Below are positions 1 through 8,832 of a DNA stretch of 13,987 nucleotides, in pieces (the stretch's first letter is position 1; every line of letters begins with the position of its first letter). The stretch spans positions 1 to 13,987 of the forward strand of contig NW_021825878.1 in NCBI RefSeq assembly GCF_006345805.1, in the 5' to 3' direction. A program made the position numbers and the translations under genes. Source of the DNA: Octopus sinensis (lineage: Eukaryota). Below the pieces are notes generated by a model that saw nothing but the letters and a program-made list of their open reading frames with translations, did not search any database and had not been told where the DNA came from.

Positions 1-133
1 TCCCAGAGGCACACTCTTATTGCAGCGGTCCTTCAGTTTTTCTAAGCCCTGTAAAAGAACTTGGGATGTTGGGCCCCCAGCCAAGCCTTTCGCGTAACCC
101 TTAAAGCCAGGAACATTTCGGCACCTTCTCGTG
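1..133 (-). mobile_element. Mariner-derived non-autonomous element (MITE-like), cut by the window start
   Basis: The minus strand reads AWLGAQHPKFF, then after a 1-nt frameshift QGLEKLKDRCNKSV, resembling a mariner transposase C-terminus (WL..Q...FF..GL.KL..RC.KCV). A TIR-like segment (minus: CACGAGAAGGTGCCGAAATGTTCCTGGCTTT, ~103-133) sits directly upstream. The partner TIR would lie outside the window. Confidence 0.6.
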
Positions 134-176
134 TGGTCTATTACTGGTGATCATATTAACCAGAATTACATATATA

Positions 177-340
177 GGCGTAGGAGTGGCTGTATGGTAA
201 GTAGCTTGCTTACCAACCACATGGTTCCGGGTTCAGTCCCACTGCGTGGCATCTTGGGCAAGTGTCTTCTGCTATAGCCCCGGCCGACCAATACCTTGTG
301 AGTGGATTTGGTAGACGGAAACTGAAAGAAGCCTGTCGTA

Positions 341-380
<40 letters not shown>

Positions 381-640
381 TATATATATGTATGGTGTTT
401 ATGTGTGTTTGTGTGTGTGTGTGTGTGTGTTTTGTTGTGTCTGTGTTTGTCCCCCTAGCATTGCTTGACAACCGATGCTGGTGGTTTTACGTCCCCGTCA
501 ATTAGCGGTTCGGCAAATGAGACCGATAGAATAAGTACTGGCCTTACAAAGAATAAGTCCCGGGGTCGATTTGCTCGACTAAAGGCGGTGCTCCAGCATG
601 GCCGCAGTCAAATGACTGAAACAAGTAAAAGAGTAAAGAG
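177..640 (+). mobile_element. tRNA-derived SINE, family A, near full length (copy A1)
   Basis: A-box-like TGGCTGTATGG at 187-197 and B box GGTTCAGTCCC at 230-240, followed by a CORE-like CTTGGGCAAGTG. Internal (TA)n/(TG)n block at 339-440; 3' end ...GAAACAAGTAAAAGAGTAAAGAG. The 5' half aligns with 3071-3222 and 7814-7967. Confidence 0.9.
339..440. repeat. (TA)n then (TG)n microsatellite inside SINE A1
   Basis: Read directly from the sequence. Confidence 0.95.
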
Positions 641-852
641 TATATCATGCTCGGGTTGACAGTGACAAAGCCGGCAACACCATCTAAGGTTTCATTCCGA
701 TGTATGGGATGGGGTGGAGATATAGGGGACAGCCTGACTAGAGTACGAAAGCATTTCCGGTCTACAAGGGTGGATGAATTCAACAAGGAATCAAAGGCCT
801 ACGATCAAACTTAGAAACAGAACTGGGGCTCATAAAGGTTTTTAATCTAGCA

Positions 853-1043
853 CTGTTTATCTGGATATGAGATCACCATGTCGCTCACATGGTTGTGATG
901 CATGTTCCTGGTGTACCCTTCTTTGACGGGTAGTCATGATGGGTATACTGGGCTTCGTATATTTTACCTCAGCGTCACTTTGATGGCATGCACTGCTCTA
1001 TCGCTCAATAATAATAATAATGATGATGATGATGATGATAATG

Positions 1044-1090
<47 letters not shown>

Positions 1091-1102
1091 ATAATAATAA
1101 TA
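853..1102 (+). mobile_element. 5'-truncated retroelement 3' end with (AAT)n/(GAT)n tail (copy E1)
   Basis: 853-1006 aligns with 1298-1453 (CTGTTTATCT.GATATGAGATCACCATGTCG...GATGGCATGCACTGCTCT..C.CTC). Simple-repeat tail at 1007-1102. Family not assigned. Confidence 0.8.
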
Positions 1103-1115
1103 GAGCAGAAGTAGT

Positions 1116-1453
1116 GGGGGAGCATCATAGCCATGTGTTGAGGGGGATTCTTTGGGGTTTGAATAATTCACCTCTGGAAACATGGGTGGTTCTTTCACAC
1201 ATCCTTAAACAACCCTTATTCAGGGACCTTTTTGAGCGGGATGGGTTCTCTCGACCTGAAGAAATTCTGACTGGGCCCCCACCTGCAAGGTCATGCGCTG
1301 TTTATCTTGATATGAGATCACCATGTCGGCGCACATTGGTTGTGATGGCATGTGCCTGTGTACCCTTATCAGACGGGTAGTCATGATGGGTATATTGGGC
1401 TTCGTATATTTTACCCCAGTACCACTTTGATGGCATGCACTGCTCTCTCACTC

Positions 1454-1498
<45 letters not shown>

Positions 1499-1516
1499 CA
1501 TAATAATAATAATAAT
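1116..1516 (+). mobile_element. Longer copy of the same (AAT)n-tailed retroelement (copy E2)
   Basis: Shares its 3' ~155 bp with E1 and extends ~180 bp further 5'. (AAT)n tail at 1454-1516. No recognisable coding remnant and no correctly spaced A/B boxes. Confidence 0.75.
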
Positions 1517-1806
1517 AGAAATGGTTGAATCTTCGTGAGATTCTGCAGCTGCAGTTATTACTAGTAGTACTGCTTCTGCTGCTAATAGTACTGGTAGTGT
1601 TGCTGCTGCGACTGCTGCTACTACTGTGGTTATAGAATACTTTGTAAACTGCTGTTCTATTGACAGTGGTGTCAGTAGAAGTCAGCAGAACTTTTACTGA
1701 ATTAAATTCTGCTCTAAACCGAATTTGCTGTTGGGTTATTCTTGTAAATGATTATAAAATAACTTACAGTACTCTCGTATGTAATCCCATCTTTGAGAAT
1801 GTTAGA

Positions 1807-2035
1807 CAACAACAACAACAACAGTAGCAGCAGCAGTAGTTGTTGTAGAAATAGCAGCAGCAGCAGTAGCAACAGCAGCGACTGCAACAACGACTCCGTT
1901 AAAGACAATAACAAACAATAACAACAATAACAACCACAAAGGAAAAACAAAACAAACACAAAATGAAACGAAACAAAATGAAGGCGAAAACAAACACACA
2001 ACGAAACGAAACAAAATGAAGGCGAAAACAAACGT
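1807..2035. repeat. (CAA)/(CAG) trinucleotide block followed by an A-rich 38-bp-period duplication
   Basis: GAAACGAAACAAAATGAAGGCGAAAACAAAC is identical at 1965-1995 and 2003-2033. Confidence 0.9.
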
Positions 2036-2398
2036 ACAACTATATCGAATAACAGCCAACGAAGAAGAAAAAGTATAGGAAAAAAAAAATTTTCAAAATG
2101 GCGTCTGTATGGTGATAGAAGGCCGAAGAAAGTTGGGGGGGGGTGAGATATATGCAGTTTCTTCATTTCCTTTGTTGCAGAGATGAAACAGGGGTATTAA
2201 GAAGAGAGGGCGGGGGTGTTGCAGAGGGTAATAGGGTGGTGATGTGAGAAACGGGTGGGGTTGCAGCGTGTGGGGTGGGTGGTGGGGTTGGGTGTGGTGT
2301 TTTATTTTTTGTGGGGGGTAGGGGTGAAGTTAATAAAGAGAGAAGGAAACAAACAAGCGCAGGAACATTATACTGCAACGTATGAAGAAGGAATGTTA

Positions 2399-2634
2399 GT
2401 GTTGCTGTTGTTGTTGTTGCTGTTGTTGTTGTTGTTGTTGTTGTGGTTGTTGTTGTTGTTGTTGTTGTTTACTTCTGGTGTAGTAAGATAAACGAAGAAG
2501 AGGAGTCGAACCCAGACAGATGTGCTTGAGATAAATAAATAAATAAACAAATAAATAGATAAATAAATAACTAAATAAATAGATAAATAAATAGATAAAT
2601 AAATAATAGATAAATAAGTGAATAAATAAATAAA
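2399..2634. repeat. (GTT)n at 2399-2469 and (AAAT/AGAT)n at ~2529-2634
   Basis: Read directly from the sequence. Confidence 0.92.
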
Positions 2635-2860
2635 AATACGTTGAAATAAATAATTAGAAGCAGAGATGGGGGGGTTGGGGGGAGGCTGTGTTAGACATAG
2701 AAACAACCTCACCTTCTTTACATTCTGTTCTGTTATATAATCTGAAGTCGTATTCGATCCGTTATCGATCAGTTATTGAATAAAATAAAATGATATAACT
2801 TTTCTCAACAAATGTAGTCGATATTGGCTGCATTTTGTACCACTAACTATCATCTCTCTT

Positions 2861-3070
2861 CGTACGTACGTACGTTCGTACGTGGTCAGTGTTTTAATAG
2901 ATGTTTTATAAAACTAATATAACACATACAGTTAGTATTTGAATATATTTAGTACGACTAGGAAGTTGACCTACATCTGTAGTTAGTACTCGAAAACGTT
3001 TTGTACTGATAACTATTGAACATACAAATGTGGTTGATGTTTTAACGTATTATTGTTTTTTTACTGCGCA
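2861..3070. repeat. Degenerate AT-rich repeat, left part (GTGGTYAGTGTTTTAA motif)
   Basis: Motif copies at 2882 and 3030; the same motif recurs densely at 3782-4225. Confidence 0.5.
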
Positions 3071-3222
3071 GCCGTGTGGTAAGAAGCTTGCTTGTCTACA
3101 ATATAGTTCCGGGTTCAATCCCACTGCATGGCACATCGGAGCAAGTGACTTCTACTCTACCCTCCGGCCGACCAAAGCCTCGTGAGTGGATTTGGCAAAC
3201 AAAAACTGTAAGAAGCTCGTCG
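3071..3222 (+). mobile_element. SINE family A, 5' half (copy A2), diverged
   Basis: Aligns to 190-338. B box GGTTCAATCCC. Ends at ...GAAGCTCGTCG, followed by (TA)n. Confidence 0.88.
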
Positions 3223-3253
<31 letters not shown>

Positions 3254-3393
3254 TACATATAAGATTAATCAGCCGAAATTGCGAGGATGATCTGGTTCTT
3301 GACCGAAGATTAGAGGCTTCGAATGACCCGTCCGTTTTCTGTGTCGTCTCTTTGAGTGTTTTGCGTTCTTGTCCCATTTTGTATTTTTATATA

Positions 3394-3399
<6 letters not shown>

Positions 3400-3436
<37 letters not shown>

Positions 3437-3522
3437 TACACACATATATATATATGTATATGTGTGTATATGTTTGTATATCTATCTATATCTATGTGTG
3501 TATATGTGTGTATATCTATCTA

Positions 3523-3562
<40 letters not shown>

Positions 3563-3592
3563 GATCTATCTATCTATCTATCTATCTATCTA

Positions 3593-3629
<37 letters not shown>

Positions 3630-3653
3630 GTCTATTTATCTATCTATCTATCG

Positions 3654-3725
<72 letters not shown>

Positions 3726-3753
3726 GTGTGTGTGTGTGTGGTGTGTGTGTGTG
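3400..3753. repeat. Compound microsatellite: (CA)n, long (TATC)n, (TG)n
   Basis: Read directly. It produces the YLSI/THT-repeat ORFs in the track. Confidence 0.95.
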
Positions 3754-3773
3754 ATTCATATTTGAATATTTAA

Positions 3774-4225
3774 ATCTGCATGTGGTTAGTCTTTGGTTAT
3801 ATGTTAGTACTACTAGTTAATAAATCTATCTACGCAGGCTAAATATTGTTCATACGTAGGTGGTTAACGTTTAGTATATATTAATAGTACTAATGCATCC
3901 ACGCATATGGTTATTATTTCAATAAATTTTGCTGTGGTAGCTAGGACATATAAGTAGTGAGTAATTAGTACTACTAGCTATTAAGCAAATATATTGGGGT
4001 CAGTATTTTTTATATACACGTGACTGCTCAGTGTTGTTTTAATGTATTTTCTACTGCTGACCGTTGTGTGGTCAGTAGTGGAATTTTTTGTGTGCTTAGT
4101 AACTGTCGTAACTCCGTGTGTGGCCAGTATTTAAATGTATTTTATTACAGGCCATAATGTGGTTAGTGTTTTAAGGCATATTTTACTGTCACCACATGGT
4201 TAATATTCTATGGTATATTGTACTG
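3774..4225. repeat. Degenerate ~38-40 bp repeat array, right part
   Basis: GTGGTYAGT-like starts at 3782, 3860, 3934, 3996, 4068, 4120, 4159 and 4196, several followed by TTTTAA.GTATTTT..ACTG. Confidence 0.6.
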
Positions 4226-4284
4226 CACACACACACACACACACACACGCACACACACACACACATACACACACACACACACAC
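4226..4284. repeat. (CA)n microsatellite
   Basis: Read directly from the sequence. Confidence 0.95.
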
Positions 4285-4313
4285 TAATGTTTACAGATAT
4301 ATGTCGTGGGACT

Positions 4314-4551
4314 TAAGGCGGCGACCTGGCAGAAACGTTAGCACGCGGGCGAAATGCTTAGCCGTATTTCGTCTGCCGTTACGTTCTGAGTTCAAATTCT
4401 ACCGAGGTCGACTTTGCCTTTCATCCTTTCGGGGTCGATTAAATAAGTACCAGTTACGCACTGGGGTCGATGTAATCGACTTAATCCGTTTGTCTGTCCT
4501 TGTTTGTCCCCTCTGTGTTTAGGCCCTTGTGGGTAGTAAAGAAATAGGTAT
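4314..4551 (+). mobile_element. tRNA-derived SINE, family B, monomer with head (copy B1)
   Basis: Starts TAAGGCGGCGA.CTGGCAGAAACG. B-box-like AGTTCAAATTC at 4389-4399. Ends GAAATAGGTAT. Highly similar to 4663-4874, 8227-8832 (-) and 12516-12850. Confidence 0.92.
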
Positions 4552-4662
4552 ACGGGCAGAAAAGTGTGGATCCCATTAAGGATGACGGGAAGAAGAGAAA
4601 AAGGGGAAGGAGTAGGTCGGAGGGAGGAAAAGAGATTCAGTAATGGCGACGTGAAATGAACT

Positions 4663-4874
4663 TTTGTCTGTCCTTGTTTGTTCTCTCTGTGTTTAGCCCC
4701 TTGTGGGTAGTAAAGAAACAGGTATTTCGTCTGCCGTTACGTTCTGAGTTCAAATTCCGCCGAGGTCGACTTTGCCTTTAATCCTTTCAGGGTCGATTAA
4801 ATAAGTACCAGTTACGCACTGGGGTCGATGTAATCGACTTAATCCGTGTACCTGTCCTTGTTTGTCCCCTCTGT
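4663..4874 (+). mobile_element. SINE family B, headless permuted piece spanning a unit junction (copy B2)
   Basis: Begins in the 3' part (TTGTCTGTCC), crosses AAAC-AGGTAT-TTCG at 4720-4725, and ends just past its own starting position in the next unit. Confidence 0.9.
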
Positions 4875-5099
4875 TTGTCCAACATCAAGATGGGAAGACA
4901 GATAAACGTTCTTTGGCCAAACGAAAGTGGTTGGACAACCTTCATAATGGACTCAGCTCATAGCCGAACAATAGATAACCTACTAAATTGTAGCCCCCCC
5001 CAAAAAAAAATCCCCATACCAAAATACGTAGGTGAAGGTTTCATATCCCGCCGCTTCCATTCCATTGTCAAAATTCATCTGTTTTCACAGCATATGTTT

Positions 5100-5654
5100 T
5101 TTAAGTACTTTTTCTTCTTATTTTCTTTCTTTCTTTTATTCACCTTCTTCTTGCTCTCTTTCGCTTATTAATTTTTCTTTTTCTTTTTGTTTTGTTTATT
5201 CATTTTTCTTATTGTTTTCTTTCCTTTATTCTTTCATTCATTCATTCATTCTGACCATCAACAACTTATTCGCGCTTTGATACCACCATTTTCTTCTCGT
5301 TTCTTATTCTTTACAATATTTCTCTTTCATTCTTTTATGGTTTTCTTTCAACATCTTACTTTCATTCTTTTCTTTCCTCCTTATTCTTTTTTACTCGTGT
5401 CCTTGCTTGCTTTGTTATTATTTTTTTGTTGTTGTTTGTTTTTCATTTGTTTTTGCTTCCTTTCTTCCTTCCTGCTCTCGTCCATTCCACCTCCTAACTT
5501 TCCCCACCTCCCCACGCATCTCCTACCTCAATCCACAACTGCCCACCACTCTCTCCGTCCCGCCCCCGTCCCCCACCATTCCCAGAACATTTCATCTCAA
5601 TCGATCGCATCAATAAAATGTTTCATTATAGTTACATCACCATCATCATCATCG

Positions 5655-5685
<31 letters not shown>

Positions 5686-5837
5686 CATCGTCATCATCAT
5701 CATCATCATCATCATCAATGTCATCATCATCATCATCATCATCGTCATCATCGTCATCATCGTCATCATCATCATCATCATCATCATCATCGTCGTCGTC
5801 GTCGTCGCGTCGTCGTCGTCGTCGTCGTCGTCATCAT

Positions 5838-5872
<35 letters not shown>

Positions 5873-6038
5873 TAATCCTCTTCCTTCTGCCCCACCTCTT
5901 CATCATCACCGTCGTCACCGTCACCACAATCCTCATAATCGTCATCGTCATCATTGCCATAATCATCGCTATCATCATCGTCGTAGTCGTTATCATCAGT
6001 CATCCCCATCATCATCATCATCATCATCATCATCATTG

Positions 6039-6075
<37 letters not shown>

Positions 6076-6240
6076 TACCATCATCATCATCATCATCATC
6101 GCAAGCAGCAGCAGCAGCAACAGCACCGTCGCCGTCACACTTCCACATACACGCTCACGCACATGCATACACATACACGATATACACTCATAGGCAAGCC
6201 ACTCAATATGCTTGTGTGTGTATATGTGCAAGTGTGTGAG

Positions 6241-6279
<39 letters not shown>

Positions 6280-6330
6280 ACACGTGTGTGTATATGTGAG
6301 TTTGCATGTGTGTGTGCTTGTGCATGTGTG
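5100..6330. repeat. Low-complexity tract: T/CT-rich, C-rich, long (CAT)/(CGT)n at ~5635-6110, (GCA)n, then CA-rich and (TG)n
   Basis: Read directly. It explains the poly-S/I/M/H/R ORFs. Confidence 0.92.
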
Positions 6331-6667
6331 CGTGTAGGCAGTTGCTCTTTTAGATTTTTCTGTCTGTGTGTCTCCTTATAAAACAATTCATTTCTTTTAT
6401 TTTTTTTCATTATTGTTGTTGTTGGTGGTGTTGTAATTGTTCTCTCTGTTTTCCTTTTCCACCTCTACCTCCTCCTGAACCCCTACCCCCTTCTCCCCTT
6501 ATCCCTCTCTCCCCCTCCCCTCCCCCCTTTTCTTCTTCTTCTTCCTTCCACTCAGAGCCAACATCAATATTCGATCTTATGGACAGACAATGGCGCTTGC
6601 GTTTCACAAAAGATGTACAGCAATGTGAAGTCCTAACAGAAACAATAACTTCAACAGCAGCCACCGA

Positions 6668-6668
6668 C

Positions 6669-6748
<80 letters not shown>

Positions 6749-6793
6749 AACAACTGGGAGCAACGAAAACAACAACAGCAGTAGCAGCAGCAG
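6668..6793. repeat. (ACC)/(ACT)n, then (AAC)/(AGC)n
   Basis: Read directly from the sequence. Confidence 0.93.
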
Positions 6794-7182
6794 CTGTGAT
6801 TGCCACTAGCAAGCCAATAAGAGTGGCCTCTACATGGTTTCTCAAGATGCAAAGAACAGTTGGCATCTTTCTCGAAGAAGGTGGGACACGTTATATAGTG
6901 TAGTTCTGGATACGCTATAAAACATTCAGAAAACAAGTGATATGCGGCTATTGCACCATTCCATTGTTTATTCCTCAAGGAACCTGGCTCTGCAACCACG
7001 GACTTAAAAGTCGAATCTAACTTACCAAAAACACTATCTCCTTTCGTGTGGTTCGCAACCATTTTGTGTGGTTCGCAACCATTTTGTTTTTGGCCATGCA
7101 GCTCTTTGGCTCCTGTTCTAATTCCATTGGACATCCATAGTCATTTGATGTATATAAAATATAATTGTACTGTATATTTATA

Positions 7183-7251
7183 ACTAGCACTATGACCCGG
7201 CATGCATATACTACGCGAGTACTGTCCAAATCTCCGACCAATCATATACAG
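7183..7251 (+). mobile_element. Deleted 5' end of a Helentron/HINE-like element
   Basis: Aligns to 7409-7522 with two internal deletions. Confidence 0.6.
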
Positions 7252-7408
7252 ATCGAATTTTATACCAACTGTTCGTTTTGGCCGTTTAACTAAACCAATA
7301 ATCCATATTATCGCCGAGTGAAAGGTTGAAGTATTGTAGGGTAGCATCCTTATTTTCTCTTGGTCTGTGGAATACGTACCGTACAGTGGTGAAGAACTTT
7401 ATAGTCAT

Positions 7409-7770
7409 ACTAGCATTATGACCCGGCAACGCCGGGTCATAGTGCTAGTGCATGCATATACAGCTGCATGCTTCCGCACATACATGCGAGTACTGTCCAA
7501 ATCTCTGACCAATCACATACAGCTAGCTGGCATTCAATTGGTGTATCAAGTTTCGGGCATTTTGATTGGGTTTTGGATAGAAAATTCACCAAAAAGTCGT
7601 TTCTATTGAATTTTTAATGGCTTTGCAGGGTGACTGGGGAAATGTAAAGATGTGCACGACCATCCTTGGACGGTTTTGAATGACCATAGAAAGTGCGAGC
7701 CCCCTAACTGAAAACCTGTGGATTTGTATAAAGGACACACACACACACAGACGTTTATATATAGAGAGAT
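7409..7770 (+). mobile_element. Non-autonomous rolling-circle (Helentron/HINE, DINE-1/Lep1-like) element
   Basis: 5' ACTAGCATTATGACCCGGC with an immediate inverted copy (19-bp stem). (CA)n-CAGAC near the 3' end, TTTATATATAGAGAGAT terminus, and T|T flanks. The class is inferred from architecture only. Confidence 0.55.
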
Positions 7771-7813
7771 TAGATATTAGGAATTGCATAAGAAAAGTTG
7801 TTAAAATATTTTT

Positions 7814-7967
7814 GTGGCTGTGTGGTAAGAAGCTTGCTTCTCGACAACATAGTTCGGCGTTCAGTTCCACTGCGTGACATCTTGGGCTAGTGCCTTCTAT
7901 TATAGCATCGGGCCGACCAAAGCCTTGTGAGTGGATTTGGTAGACGGAAACTGAAAGAAGCCTGTCG
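7814..7967 (+). mobile_element. SINE family A, 5' half (copy A3)
   Basis: Aligns to 186-338. Ends at GAAAGAAGCCTGTCG. Confidence 0.9.
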
Positions 7968-8126
7968 TTGCTGTTGCTGAGACCCCTTTCGGTCATGACT
8001 GACCGTTTGATTGCACCTAGAAAGTTAACCTCCCAGGCACAAGTCCGGGCAAGGTCGTTTATGGAAGACCAGCAGTTGCTCATGCATACCCTCTCCACGT
8101 CACCAGTGTTATCCAAGGGAAAGGCA
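7968..8126 (-). mobile_element. SINE family C, 3' fragment (copy C0)
   Basis: Its reverse complement aligns to ~9021-9180 (TGCCTTT.C.TTG.ATAACA...ACTTTCTAGGTGCAAT...ACCGAA.GGGG). Short CAGCAACAGCAA tail. Confidence 0.88.
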
Positions 8127-8226
8127 CCAGTAGATACAATACGAGAGTCTACAGCTGTACAGAAACGCGCTGGACACTGCAGAGACTGTCCAGATATGTC
8201 AGACAGACACGGTACATCTTATATTT

Positions 8227-8832
8227 ATACCTACTTCTTTACTACCCACCTGGGGCTAAACACAGAGAGGACAAACAAGGACAGACAAACGGATTAAGTC
8301 GATTATATCGACCCCAGTGCGTAACTGGTACTTATTTAATCGACCTCGAAAGGATGAAAGGCAAAGTCGACCTCGGCGGAATTTGAACTCAGAACGCAGC
8401 GGCAGGCGAAATACCTATTTCTTTACGACTCACAAGGGGCTAAACACAGAGGGGACAAATAAGGACAGACAAACGAATTAAGTCGATTATATCGACCCCA
8501 GTGTGTAACTGGTACTTATTTAATCGACCTCGAAAGGATGAAAGGCAAAGTCGACCTCGGCGGAATTTGAGCTCAGAACGTAGCGGCAGGCGAAATACCT
8601 ATTTCTTTATTACCCACAAGGGGCTAAACACAGAGAGGACAAACCAGGACAGACATAGGTATTAAGTCGATTACATCGACCCCAGTCCGGAACTGGTACT
8701 TAATTTATCGACCCCGAAAGGATGAAAGGCAAAGTCGACCTCGGCGGAATTTGAACTCACAACGTAACGCAGACGAAATACCGCTAAGCATTTCGCCCGG
8801 CGTGCTAACGTTTCTGTCAGTTCGCCGCCTTA
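8227..8832 (-). mobile_element. SINE family B, head plus three ~184-bp units, with TSD (copy B3)
   Basis: ATACC(T/G) junction marks at 8227, 8411, 8595 and 8778. Flanking direct repeat ATCTTATATTT(ATA) at 8216-8226(8229) and 8833-8843(8846). Confidence 0.93.

Noticed and set aside
641-852. Non-repetitive segment between SINE A1 and E1 as a LINE coding remnant
   Set aside because: No frame gives a recognisable motif; left unannotated.
1116-1170. Possible A box (TAGCCATGTG) and B box (GGTTTGAAT) in element E2
   Set aside because: The spacing of about 15 nt is too short for a tRNA-type promoter and both matches are poor.
1768-1881. 114-nt minus-strand exon-like segment (CAG ... ACT|GTAAGT) encoding poly-Leu then SNILKDGITYEST
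   Set aside because: Mostly trinucleotide repeat with a weak acceptor context; it cannot be distinguished from chance.
3261-3390. Segment with GCCGAAATTGC and GACCGAAGA, reminiscent of a Penelope-type repeat end or hammerhead
   Set aside because: No intact CUGANGA core or valid cleavage triplet in register. It may be a repeat fragment, but I cannot assign it.
6742-7134. 130-aa minus-strand ORF with non-repetitive sequence, plus a G|GTAAGT donor at 7026/7025 and an acceptor-like site at 6915
   Set aside because: No recognisable motif, it spans a non-triplet 20-bp duplication, and I could not build a consistent acceptor-donor pair.
8127-8226. TACAGCTGTA palindrome, GAAACGCG and a CTGGACA/TGTCCAG stem
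   Set aside because: Hammerhead elements are not in the right order and there is no CUGANGA. Short stems are expected by chance.
8227-8832. Regular ~184-bp repeats as a CRISPR-like array or satellite
   Set aside because: Units are contiguous with no unique spacers and are parts of a dispersed SINE; the context is eukaryotic.
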